From positions 46,137 to 110,136 of the forward strand of contig CAZWEO010000003.1 of NCBI GenBank assembly GCA_964633115.1: a stretch of DNA of 64,000 nucleotides, given 5' to 3'. This document shows, one piece after another, positions 17,298 through 26,162 of the stretch (its first letter is position 1; each line of letters starts with the position of its first letter). A model generated the notes under the pieces. It ran no database searches. It saw nothing but the letters and a program-made list of their open reading frames with translations, and had not been told where the DNA came from. The translations under genes were made by a program, and so were the position numbers. This DNA is from an uncultured Desulfobacterales bacterium (GTDB lineage: Bacteria > Desulfobacterota > Desulfobacteria > Desulfobacterales > B30-G6).

Positions 17298-19385
17298 ATG
17301 GAAGATATTCTACAATCCAATACAAAAACGACTTCCGGATCTGAGATGGTGACGGTAATCGGTGTGATCGGCATTTTGGTGATCATGATCATCCCGCTAC
17401 CGGCGATAATTCTTGATTTCCTATTGGCTATCAATATCACCCTGGCGATCACGATCTTGTTGATTGCCATGTACACCTTAAAGCCACTCGACTTTTCGAT
17501 TTTCCCATCGCTGCTTTTGGTGACCACCCTTTTCAGACTTTCACTAAACGTTGCTTCGACCCGACTCATTCTGTTGCATGGCAATGAGGGCACCCAGGCG
17601 GCTGGTAAGGTCATTCTCTCTTTTGGCGGTTTTGTCGTGGGCGGGAATTATGTGGTCGGCATGATTGTCTTTATCATTTTGGTAATTGTTAATTTTGTGG
17701 TCATTACCAAAGGCGCCACCCGTATTGCCGAAGTGTCTGCCCGCTTCACCCTCGACGCCATGCCTGGCAAGCAAATGAGTATTGATGCGGATTTAAATGC
17801 TGGCCTGATTGATGAAGGTGAGGCCAAGCAACGCCGAAAAGCTATCAACAGTGAAGCTGAGTTTCATGGAGCTATGGATGGTGCGGCCAAGTTTGTGCGC
17901 GGTGATGCCATAGCTGGTATCATCATCACGCTTATCAACATATTTGGCGGTTTTATCATCGGTGTTGTCCAACAAAAGATGTCCATGGTGGACGCGGCTC
18001 AAAATTATACGCTCCTGACCGTCGGAGATGGATTGGTCTCCCAAATACCGGCCCTGACCATATCCACCGCTGCTGGTATTATTGTCAGCCGCGCGGCTTC
18101 AACCGAGACCATGGGCAAAGAATTTGGCAGCCAATTTTTCAATTATCCCAAAGCGATCTATACAGCTGCCGCGGTCATTTTCTTTTTCGGGTTGATTCCG
18201 GGTCTTCCGCATGTTCCCTTTTTGGTACTATCCAGTGTGGTAGCCGGAAGCGTTTATTTTTTTCACAACCAAAAGAAAGAATCAAAACAACAAATCACGG
18301 AGCAAGCCAGTGAAACAGCGGATGCGGGCCCGGAACCCGTGGAACATCTCCTGTTGGTCGATCCGCTAGAATTAGAAGTCGGCTATGGATTGATAACCCT
18401 CGTGGACCGGGAACAAGGCGGTGAGTTTCTGGATAAGGTTCGATCCATACGACGCCAGTTTGCCATGGAATCCGGTGTGGTTATTCCACCGATTCATATT
18501 CGCGATAATCTGCAACTTAAATCGACCGAGTATCAGATTCTGGTAAAAGGCGTAAAGGTTGCCAGTGCGGAATTGATGGTGAACCACTATCTGGCAATGG
18601 ACCCCGGGGATGCCTCGCGTAAAATTGATGGCATCGAAACTGTCGAACCCTCGTTTAACTTGCCGGCTATTTGGATTCCAGATGCAAATAAGGATGAGGC
18701 CAAACTGTCCGGTTATACGGTGGTTGACAATGTTACGGTCATGGCGACCCATATGACCGAAGTGCTAAAAAGCCATGTGGCCGATCTGCTGGGGCGCCAG
18801 GAAGTTCAAAACCTACTGGATAATCTTGGTAAATATTACCCCAAGGCAGTTGAAGAGCTGGTTCCCAATGTTCTCTCTTTAGGCGCGGTGCAGAAAGTAT
18901 TACAGAATCTATTGAGCGAACACGTTGCGATAAAAGATATGTTGACGATTGTAGAGACGCTTCTCGATTATGGCACGATTTCGAAAGATCCTGAATTTCT
19001 AACCGAATATGTGCGCCACAAACTATCGCGATCCATCGTCAGTCCTTATTTAGAAAATGGTAATGTTTTGAAATTAATCACGGTTTCCCAAGAGACCGAG
19101 GACTTATTGCAGAAAAACATTCAAAAGACAGAACATGGTTCCTACTTGGCGGTTGATCCCAAAATCGCCGACGCCCTGGTTAATTCAATCAAAGCCGAAA
19201 CGGAAAAGGCCTTGGCCAAAAATATCCAACCGATCATGCTAACATCACCTACGTTGCGAAGACATTTAAGAAAAATGGTCGAGTATTTTGTTCCCCACTT
19301 GGTTGTGTTGTCACATAGCGAACTTCTGAGTGATATCCGCATCCAGAGTATTGGAGAAGTAGGATTCAACTATGCAAATAAATAG
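17298..19385 (+). CDS. flhA: Flagellar export gate protein FlhA
   Basis: 695 aa FHIPEP family: FHGAMDGAAKFVRGDAIAGIIIT, large cytoplasmic C-domain. Confidence 0.95.
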   Translation: MEDILQSNTKTTSGSEMVTVIGVIGILVIMIIPLPAIILDFLLAINITLAITILLIAMYTLKPLDFSIFPSLLLVTTLFRLSLNVASTRLILLHGNEGTQAAGKVILSFGGFVVGGNYVVGMIVFIILVIVNFVVITKGATRIAEVSARFTLDAMPGKQMSIDADLNAGLIDEGEAKQRRKAINSEAEFHGAMDGAAKFVRGDAIAGIIITLINIFGGFIIGVVQQKMSMVDAAQNYTLLTVGDGLVSQIPALTISTAAGIIVSRAASTETMGKEFGSQFFNYPKAIYTAAAVIFFFGLIPGLPHVPFLVLSSVVAGSVYFFHNQKKESKQQITEQASETADAGPEPVEHLLLVDPLELEVGYGLITLVDREQGGEFLDKVRSIRRQFAMESGVVIPPIHIRDNLQLKSTEYQILVKGVKVASAELMVNHYLAMDPGDASRKIDGIETVEPSFNLPAIWIPDANKDEAKLSGYTVVDNVTVMATHMTEVLKSHVADLLGRQEVQNLLDNLGKYYPKAVEELVPNVLSLGAVQKVLQNLLSEHVAIKDMLTIVETLLDYGTISKDPEFLTEYVRHKLSRSIVSPYLENGNVLKLITVSQETEDLLQKNIQKTEHGSYLAVDPKIADALVNSIKAETEKALAKNIQPIMLTSPTLRRHLRKMVEYFVPHLVVLSHSELLSDIRIQSIGEVGFNYANK

Positions 19386-20421
19386 ATACCGGGCCAAATC
19401 GATCAGCGAAGCAACCGCAAAGGTCAAAAGTGAATTGGGCCCCGATGCCATAATTCTGACAACAAAAAAACTTGATGGTGGTAAAGGCGGCCAGTGCTTT
19501 GAAATAGCCGCTTTGCCCGAGAAGACTAGTTATACCCAGGATTCATATCATGAATTGAAATCGGATTTGATGCGCATTAAAGACATGATTTATCTTTTAA
19601 ATACTTCGGGTGGAATTGCTGAAAGGCTGATCATGAATCCGGCCGTTCTGAACATATATACACGCTTACTAAAAAGTGGTGTTAGTGACCACTGCGCCAA
19701 ATTGTTTTTAAATTCTGCGGGTGTGCTCAACACCCATATTGCTGCTGAGAATCAAAACCAGGTTAACAAGCTCATCGCTAAAGAAATTTTAAAACAGATC
19801 GATATCGACCCAACTGCAAACCGGATCAACAAAGGACAAGAAGTCCTCGCTCTGGTTGGGACTACCGGTGTAGGCAAGACCACAACCATTGCCAAACTGG
19901 CTGCGCGTTTCATGCTCAAAGAGCAAAAACGCGTGGGATTGGTATCTATCGATAATTACCGTATTGGTGCGATGGAGCAACTCAAAGCCTATGCCGATAT
20001 TCTCGGTATACCTTGCTTCGCGGCCTTTAATCGAAAAGACCTCTTGTACGTTTTGAAAAGACTAGGCAAGCATGATGTCATCCTTATCGACACTGCTGGT
20101 CAAAGCCAATATGACACCAACCGGATAACAGAACTGCAACGCATGCTAACCGAGGATCTCGAAATTCGTTCACATCTTTTGTTGAGTGTGACCACCTCGG
20201 AAGACGAAATGTATCGTACGGCCCTCAACTTTGCACCGTTGAAGTATCAACACTATATTTTTACTAAAACAGATGAGGCTCAAAAAAAAGGTTCGATCAT
20301 CAACCAACTGATGAAATTGAATCTACCAATTTCCTATCTTACCAACGGTCAGAATGTACCCGAGGATATAGAAATCGCCACCAAGGAAAAAATCGTCAGA
20401 CTCATATTAAACCACAAGTAG
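19372..20421 (+). CDS. flhF: Flagellar SRP-type GTPase FlhF
   Basis: LVGTTGVGKTTTIAKLAA (G1), DTAGQS (G3), TKTDE (G4-like). Confidence 0.9.
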   Translation: MQINRYRAKSISEATAKVKSELGPDAIILTTKKLDGGKGGQCFEIAALPEKTSYTQDSYHELKSDLMRIKDMIYLLNTSGGIAERLIMNPAVLNIYTRLLKSGVSDHCAKLFLNSAGVLNTHIAAENQNQVNKLIAKEILKQIDIDPTANRINKGQEVLALVGTTGVGKTTTIAKLAARFMLKEQKRVGLVSIDNYRIGAMEQLKAYADILGIPCFAAFNRKDLLYVLKRLGKHDVILIDTAGQSQYDTNRITELQRMLTEDLEIRSHLLLSVTTSEDEMYRTALNFAPLKYQHYIFTKTDEAQKKGSIINQLMKLNLPISYLTNGQNVPEDIEIATKEKIVRLILNHK

Positions 20422-20447
20422 CCAGGTGCGGATTGGAGCAAACACAG

Positions 20448-21380
20448 ATGGATCAAGCAGCAAATTTGAGAGAAATAGTCAAAATGGAATCGGATAAAAT
20501 TTGTCACCTCAATAAGTCCTGCAGTGACAGTTTTTTGTCCGCTGAGGAAAGGCCAAAAGTTTTCACCATTGCGAGTGGCAAGGGCGGCGTTGGCAAAACC
20601 AATATCGTCGTTAATTTAGCGATTGCGTGTCAGCGTCAAGGAAAACGGGTTCTCATATTCGATGCTGACTTGGGTCTCGCCAATATCGATATCATCTTCG
20701 GTCTCGATCCACAGTATACCATCGAGGATCTTATCTCCGGGCACAAAGATCTTTCCCAGATTATTGTGCAAGGACCGGAAGACGTGTCCATTATTCCGGC
20801 CAGTTCGGGTGTACAAGAGCTTACCAATTTGACCGAAGGTCAGAAAATGCACCTACTCAATGAGTTCGACTCATTGAACAACCAGTATGATCTCATGCTA
20901 ATAGATACGGGAGCCGGCGTGTCTTCGAACGTCATTTATTTCAATTTGGCTGCCGAAGAAAGAATCATCGTGGTAAGGCCGGAGCCTACTTCTATTACCG
21001 ATGCCTATGCCCTAATGAAAATTATGTTCAGTCAATACGGTGTCAAGAGCTTTCACCTTTTGATGAATATGGTTTCGGGAGAAGTTGAAGCCAAAGCTGT
21101 TTATAACAATTTGAGCAAGGTTTTGGGCCGATTTATGCGTGGCATCCGCATCGATTATGCCGGATATATTGTGACCGATGCTTGTCTCCAAAAATCGGTT
21201 ACCCAACGCAGGCCAGTGCTAAGTCTATACCCGGATGCGTCTTCAAGTAAAAATTTTACGACGCTGGCTGAATATTTTCTTAAACATGACAGCCAAGATT
21301 CTTTCGACGGAAATATCAAATTCTTTTGGAAACGCCTTATGGCAGGAGCCCAGGACTTGAATAATGAGAGCAATGATTAA
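20448..21380 (+). CDS. flhG: MinD/ParA-type flagellar number regulator FlhG (FleN)
   Basis: Deviant Walker A SGKGGVGKT, position between flhF and fliA; ATG 20448 has GGAG 9 nt upstream (ORF-track TTG 20433 possible). Confidence 0.85.
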   Translation: MDQAANLREIVKMESDKICHLNKSCSDSFLSAEERPKVFTIASGKGGVGKTNIVVNLAIACQRQGKRVLIFDADLGLANIDIIFGLDPQYTIEDLISGHKDLSQIIVQGPEDVSIIPASSGVQELTNLTEGQKMHLLNEFDSLNNQYDLMLIDTGAGVSSNVIYFNLAAEERIIVVRPEPTSITDAYALMKIMFSQYGVKSFHLLMNMVSGEVEAKAVYNNLSKVLGRFMRGIRIDYAGYIVTDACLQKSVTQRRPVLSLYPDASSSKNFTTLAEYFLKHDSQDSFDGNIKFFWKRLMAGAQDLNNESND

Positions 21381-22131
21381 TCGATATCGTGAGGCCACCC
21401 AAGCGATCTGCGTACCCATGCAAGGCATGACAAGAGAAGAGGTGATCTGCGAGAATGCCTCACTTGTCAGATATATTGCGGAGCGGATCGCTATCAGATT
21501 ACCGCCTCATATCTCTAAAGAGGAACTGGTTAGCGCTGGCACAATGGGTTTGTTTGATGCGCTCAATGATTTTGATTCATCCAAAGGGACTAAGTTCAAA
21601 ACCTATGCATCCTATCGGATTAAAGGCGCCATATTGGATGAACTTAGACGCTTGGACTGGGTTCCCAGATCTATTCGTCGAGATATTAAAAAGATCGAAA
21701 ACGCGGTAATCGATGCATGGAATATTTATGGCAGAGAACCCACCGATGTTGAGATAGCGGAACAGATAGGCATCGATCTGGACAAATACCACAAACTGCT
21801 TCAAAAAACACATGGTATCAATCTGATCAGCCTAGATGACAGAAAACCGGATGGGGGCAATACCATCGTTAACAATCTGGTTTCTAAGGCGCCTTCTCCC
21901 TTTGAATCTCTGCGCAAAAAGGAATTAAAACATACGCTGGCAAAGGGACTCAAGAAACTGTCAAAAAAAGAACAGATGGTCATGTCTTTATACTATTACG
22001 ATGAATTGACGCTCAAGGAAATAGCCGCAGTACTTGGGCTTACCGAATCTAGAATATCTCAAATACATTCCAAAGCAATTATTTTGCTGAGGATCAAACT
22101 GAGACATAAACAATCGGAATTGCAGACCTAA
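21364..22131 (+). CDS. fliA: Flagellar sigma factor FliA (sigma-28)
   Basis: Region 2 YASYRIKGAILDELRRLDWVPR, region 4 HTH LTLKEIAAVLGLTESRISQIHSKA; 255 aa. Confidence 0.9.
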   Translation: MRAMINRYREATQAICVPMQGMTREEVICENASLVRYIAERIAIRLPPHISKEELVSAGTMGLFDALNDFDSSKGTKFKTYASYRIKGAILDELRRLDWVPRSIRRDIKKIENAVIDAWNIYGREPTDVEIAEQIGIDLDKYHKLLQKTHGINLISLDDRKPDGGNTIVNNLVSKAPSPFESLRKKELKHTLAKGLKKLSKKEQMVMSLYYYDELTLKEIAAVLGLTESRISQIHSKAIILLRIKLRHKQSELQT

Positions 22132-22135
22132 GACC

Positions 22136-23029
22136 ATGGAACAGGAAGAAAAACAAGAAATCCAAGACCAAGACACTAAGGTAGAGGATAGCAGCGCAGA
22201 CAATCCGTCCGGTGACGATGATTCTGCCGCTGCCAAACCAGAAGATAAAGACCCTAGCGACAGATCGCCGGATGACAATGACTTGTCAGGCACTGAAATT
22301 AGCAGTGAGAATATCAGTGGCAGTGAGATTGAAAAAGAGGATCCAAGCGCCAGCGAGCTTGATGATGACGATCTAACTGGTAGCGAGCTTGATGATGATG
22401 ATCTAACCGGCGACGAGCTCAATGATGATGATCTAACCGGCAATGCGCTTGATGAAAATGATGACACCGGAAACATTACTAGCGCGGATGCGCAAGTTAA
22501 CCAACAGCCGGATGATCAAAGCAAGGGTGAATCCGGCCAAGACAAGACCGCTGTTGAATCGGCCTCATCGGAAGAATTAGAAGCACCGCGAGCGAAGCCC
22601 TTAAAAAAGATAATTTTGGCGGCTGCGGTTGTTATCCTACTGAGCATTGCCGGTGTAATTGCCTACGTGCTTTGGCCGACGTCACCTGACGTTGAGTTGG
22701 AGACCGCCGCCGTGCAAGCACCTGAGAAGGAGGAAATCGTACCGATCAGTATGGACTCCTTCTTGATTCCATTTAGCCACGGAAAATTCAGTTATATTTC
22801 CTTAAATGTATCCATCGAGATTCCAACCGGCCGCTTACGAAATGAAATCATTTCAGAAAAAGATCAAATTCGCGGCCAAATTTATGAGTTATTATTGAAG
22901 TATGTTAGGGACTTGGCTAGCACGCCAGTTCCCAATGATATCAAAACAATCATTTCCAAAAGCGTCAACAGGTCGTTATCCAATGGCAGTGTTCGTGAGT
23001 TATACTTAACCCAATTTATCGTGATTTGA
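22136..23029 (+). CDS. FliL-domain paralogue with long acidic repeat-containing N-terminal region
   Basis: About 150 aa D/E-rich N-terminus, TM IILAAAVVILLSIAGVIAYVLW, FliL-like PISMDSFLIPFSHGKFSYISLNVSIE...LYLTQFIVI. Confidence 0.75.
   Translation: MEQEEKQEIQDQDTKVEDSSADNPSGDDDSAAAKPEDKDPSDRSPDDNDLSGTEISSENISGSEIEKEDPSASELDDDDLTGSELDDDDLTGDELNDDDLTGNALDENDDTGNITSADAQVNQQPDDQSKGESGQDKTAVESASSEELEAPRAKPLKKIILAAAVVILLSIAGVIAYVLWPTSPDVELETAAVQAPEKEEIVPISMDSFLIPFSHGKFSYISLNVSIEIPTGRLRNEIISEKDQIRGQIYELLLKYVRDLASTPVPNDIKTIISKSVNRSLSNGSVRELYLTQFIVI
22352..22471 (+). repeat. 4 x 30-bp in-frame tandem repeat (SELDDDDLTG units)
   Basis: agcgagcttgatgatgacgatctaactggt / agcgagcttgatgatgatgatctaaccggc / gacgagctcaatgatgatgatctaaccggc / aatgcgcttgatgaaaatgatgacaccgga. 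Confidence 0.9.
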
Positions 23030-23071
23030 GATGATGGGGCCATATGACCTGCGTCTGGAGTGCGGATTCAA

Positions 23072-23380
23072 ATGGCGAGTGACAGCAACGTAAATAGCAT
23101 AATAAGCCAGGGAATTGCAGTTAAACAGATATACAATCCCAAGAAGCAAAACCTTGAAGTACAGCAGCATTTCAACACCCAGCATACGGATGATAAAAAA
23201 GCCAAAGACAAGTCCAAGATTAAGCAAGCCAAGAATGAAAACCGCGTTGAAATTAAAGCGGATGACCATAAAAAGGATCACCGGCAAAGGAAGAAAAAAC
23301 GCAAACGCAAGAAGGGCAAACGCGCGTCACGATCGCATGACCTGACTCCGGAAGGGAACTTCATAGACATCAAGGTGTGA
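23072..23380 (+). CDS. Small lysine/arginine-rich protein (about 102 aa)
   Basis: HRQRKKKRKRKKGKRASR tract, C-terminus LTPEGNFIDIKV; stop overlaps next gene start (GTGA); GTG 23060 alternative start. Confidence 0.45.
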   Translation: MASDSNVNSIISQGIAVKQIYNPKKQNLEVQQHFNTQHTDDKKAKDKSKIKQAKNENRVEIKADDHKKDHRQRKKKRKRKKGKRASRSHDLTPEGNFIDIKV

Positions 23381-23907
23381 TTATGCAGATTATTGAAACC
23401 AACCACCTCATAAGCATTTTAATCGCCATTGACATGGTATTTTTTGTTTTCCTGATTTTATTCTTTAAGCGACTCACCCATATTAAAAAAAATACACTGC
23501 TTATGGACGAGATTGACACATTTGAGGCGCTGATACGTGATTCTGGTGAGACTGCCGGCCAGTTTAATCAACAGTTGCAAAACAAAGTTACCTTTATAAA
23601 GAAGCTGAATCAGAAACTTGATAAACGGATCAACAGCCTGAAATTGTTATTAAATCGATCTAATCTTGTGCTTTCGGAATATTCGAAGCATAGCGAAGAT
23701 GACCAATCAAGCGAAAAGGATTGCAAGACACGTCGACGGGAAATCTTGAAACTGGCTAAGGCTGGGCACCAAATTGAAGCTATTGCCAGAAAACTGGCCA
23801 TTCCACAGGGTGAGGTGATGCTAACCTTAAATATGGTTCGTTCTGATATCACGAAACCTTTAGACAGTTTTGAGAAGCAGATGGCCAACGAGGTGAATGC
23901 AAATTGA
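23377..23907 (+). CDS. Membrane-anchored coiled-coil protein with C-terminal HTH-like segment (DUF2802-like)
   Basis: N-terminal TM LISILIAIDMVFFVFLILFF, coiled coil, REILKLAKAGHQIEAIARKLAIPQGEVMLTLNM; architecture recalled from DUF2802 proteins of polar-flagellar clusters, not verified. Confidence 0.5.
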   Translation: MIMQIIETNHLISILIAIDMVFFVFLILFFKRLTHIKKNTLLMDEIDTFEALIRDSGETAGQFNQQLQNKVTFIKKLNQKLDKRINSLKLLLNRSNLVLSEYSKHSEDDQSSEKDCKTRRREILKLAKAGHQIEAIARKLAIPQGEVMLTLNMVRSDITKPLDSFEKQMANEVNAN

Positions 23908-24986
23908 TAGCGAGTGATTTGCAGATCCTGGGGCCGGCGCAATCATCATCAGCACCTACTCCGGCCAATAGTCTCATCCCCAGACTCCAACTTAATGAGA
24001 TCCTGGCGGCTAAAGTTTTGCGATCGTTACCCAGTGGTACTACGTTGCTCTCCATCAAGGGGCGGCAGGTACCTGTCAGAACACACGTGCACCTGCAACC
24101 CGGCCAATCCGTCACCCTGCAGGTCAAGAGTTTGTCACCGGCAATGATACTTCAACTTGTTCCGAAAACAGGTGTGAATGTCACGGCTGGCCGTTTTCCA
24201 GTCCTCTTGAATGCTTTGGCAGTAAATCCATGGAAAATTACCTTGGAAGCAATCCTGCAATCTAATTCTAACAAGCCGACTCTTAACAATCTATTGGCAT
24301 TAATCCAAGAAACCACCCAGGGCCTGTTCCGAAATCCCGGATCTGATTTGCTAAACTTGCTCATAAGCAAGAGCGGATTGAGCCTAGAGTCCAAACTTAA
24401 AAAGGCTGTCTTGGCGCATAGCTCTAACAAATCTCAACTGGAAAGCCTATTTCAAAACGATTTAAAGGCATTATTATTAAAGGCCCTTGGCCAGCACAGC
24501 CAACCCCAGAGACAACTCAAACAACTGCTGGCCGTCATTGAAAATTTTCAACTATTAAATCAGGAAGGTTTGCAACTAGGTGGGCGGGTGTTTCTACCCA
24601 TCCCCATGCAATTTGGGGATGGTTTTTTCAGCATTGGTCAGCTCCTGATCGAGCGTGATCAATCGGAGCAACATGCCAGCGGGAACCATTCTGAGGCGGA
24701 ATCCATATTCACGGCCAAGTTGCAGCTCCAATTATCGCGCCTGGGGACCTTGCGGGCTGAAATAAAATTGTGTGCTAAACAGGTGAGCGTCAACTTCTTA
24801 GTGAGCGAGCCCGAAAGCAAAGACATCATTAACCGCCAGTTGACTACCTTTGTGCAAGCGCTTACAGAAAAAGGCTTCGTATTCAACGCTGTGGGATGTA
24901 CAGTTTCAGATTCAGAAACCGATATGGAAGCCCCCATTTCTGAGCTCATGCCAGCGGAAACTAATATCTTATGTCTAACCGCCTAA
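23904..24986 (+). CDS. Second FliK-like (Flg_hook C-terminal domain) protein
   Basis: C-terminal FTAKLQLQLSRLGTLRAEIKLCAKQVSVNFLVSEPESKDIINRQLTTFVQALTEKGF parallels FliK 5190..6983 C-domain pattern; overlaps both neighbours. Confidence 0.6.
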   Translation: MIASDLQILGPAQSSSAPTPANSLIPRLQLNEILAAKVLRSLPSGTTLLSIKGRQVPVRTHVHLQPGQSVTLQVKSLSPAMILQLVPKTGVNVTAGRFPVLLNALAVNPWKITLEAILQSNSNKPTLNNLLALIQETTQGLFRNPGSDLLNLLISKSGLSLESKLKKAVLAHSSNKSQLESLFQNDLKALLLKALGQHSQPQRQLKQLLAVIENFQLLNQEGLQLGGRVFLPIPMQFGDGFFSIGQLLIERDQSEQHASGNHSEAESIFTAKLQLQLSRLGTLRAEIKLCAKQVSVNFLVSEPESKDIINRQLTTFVQALTEKGFVFNAVGCTVSDSETDMEAPISELMPAETNILCLTA

Positions 24987-25255
24987 AACCAAAGCAGCAG
25001 CATCAAAACAAAGCCGTGGCACTGGCATATCGACCCGAGTCGGATAATGCGCCCAAAGTTGTTGCCAGTGGCAAGGGAAGTGTTGCCCACCGTATCATCG
25101 AACTGGCCAAAGAGCATGGTATTTATATTCATGACGACCCGGATTTGGTTGCGGTATTGTCCCAGCTCGACGTGAACGATGAGATCCCGACAGATCTTTA
25201 TATGGTTGTATCAGAACTTTTAGCCTTTGTTTATGGTTTAAACCGGAATAATTAG
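24971..25255 (+). CDS. FlhB C-terminal-domain paralogue (FlhX/YlqH-like), lacks NPTH
   Basis: KAVALAYRPESDNAPKVVASGKGSVAHRIIELAKEHGIYIHDDPDLVAVLSQLDVNDEIPTDLYMVVSELLAFVY aligns with in-window FlhB FAVAIKYDSAVMGAPQLLAKGAGDVARRIKALAKEHNIPVVENKELARNLFAAVDIGQEIPVDLYQAVAEVLAYIY. Confidence 0.85.
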   Translation: MSNRLKPKQQHQNKAVALAYRPESDNAPKVVASGKGSVAHRIIELAKEHGIYIHDDPDLVAVLSQLDVNDEIPTDLYMVVSELLAFVYGLNRNN

Positions 25256-25409
25256 CCTTGAGGCGGCGCCTCTGTCGGAAAAAATTGTCTGACACGGCGC
25301 CAGAGGCGGCAGAAATTACCTGTTCGGCCTATGCATGTCCTTGGGAGACAATATAAAAATAATTAATAATAACAATAATTTAAGCTTGAATTTCGAAGGC
25401 CAATTACCT

Positions 25410-25425
25410 TGGCATTGATCTTGCT
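25410..25425 (+). promoter_or_regulatory. Sigma-54 (-24/-12) promoter for flgF-flgJ operon
   Basis: TGGCAT-tgatc-TTGCT, canonical spacing, preceded by very AT-rich stretch; 37 nt upstream of flgF TTG start. Confidence 0.75.
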
Positions 25426-25461
25426 AAGATTATAAAGAAAAAGAAAAAAAGGGGAGATATT

Positions 25462-26145
25462 TTGATTTCAGGTGTATTTAGACTTTTGGATGGATCGTTG
25501 GCCCAACAGCTGCGATTCGAGAATATTTCCAATAATTTGGCCAATATCAATACCAATGGCTTCAAGAAAGATACGCTTTCATTTGATAAAGCACTTTCCA
25601 TGAACAGCCATTCCCGCATTGATTTCAGTTCCGGTCCCATCGTGCATACCGGAAATAAACTGGATTTAGCCTTGGAAGGAAGTGGTTTTTTTAAAATCCA
25701 GACTGCTACGGGAGTTCGCTACACGCGTGATGGGGCATTTACATTGGACAATCAGGGCGGCCTCGTGACACGCAGCGGGGAGCCAATTCTGGGTGAAAAT
25801 GGCCCCATCGTAGTAAGTGGGAAAACCATTCGCATTAATCGGGACGGCTTGGTCGCCGATGATAACGGTCCTGCGGATACACTCGCCATCGTTGATTTTA
25901 AACAACCGCATCTGCTTAAAAAGGAAGGCTCTTCCCGCTATGTTTATGCCGGCGAACAGCGCGAGATATTTAAGGCCGAGAACCCCAACGTACAACAGAG
26001 CTATTTGGAAAAATCAAATGTCAATCCATCTGAAGAAATGATCAAGATGATCGAGGCCTATCGAACTTTTGAATCCGTACAGAAAGCCATCCAGAGTATG
26101 GATGAAGTTACGAACAAAATGGTCAATGATCCAGACCTGTTATAG
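25462..26145 (+). CDS. flgF: Flagellar proximal rod protein FlgF
   Basis: NNLANINTNGFKKD N-motif, C-terminal LEKSNVNPSEEMIKMIEAYRTFESVQKAIQSMDE; TTG start after aaaggggag RBS. Confidence 0.9.
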   Translation: MISGVFRLLDGSLAQQLRFENISNNLANINTNGFKKDTLSFDKALSMNSHSRIDFSSGPIVHTGNKLDLALEGSGFFKIQTATGVRYTRDGAFTLDNQGGLVTRSGEPILGENGPIVVSGKTIRINRDGLVADDNGPADTLAIVDFKQPHLLKKEGSSRYVYAGEQREIFKAENPNVQQSYLEKSNVNPSEEMIKMIEAYRTFESVQKAIQSMDEVTNKMVNDPDLL

Positions 26146-26162
26146 TATATGAGGAGGAAATT

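Noticed and set aside
21988-22476. 162-aa Ser-rich minus-strand ORF (SSSSLPVRSSS repeats)
   Set aside because: It is the reverse-complement reading of the acidic GAT/GAC repeat region of the FliL-like gene. The repeat periodicity is explained by the + strand decapeptide repeats.
25262-25312. GC-rich repeat gaggcggcgcctctg...ggcgccagaggcggc after the FlhB-C-like gene, considered as an intrinsic terminator
   Set aside because: The best pairing is an 8-bp stem with a 26-nt loop and no T-run. It may still be a protein-binding site about 100-150 bp upstream of the flgF sigma-54 promoter, but I cannot support either call.
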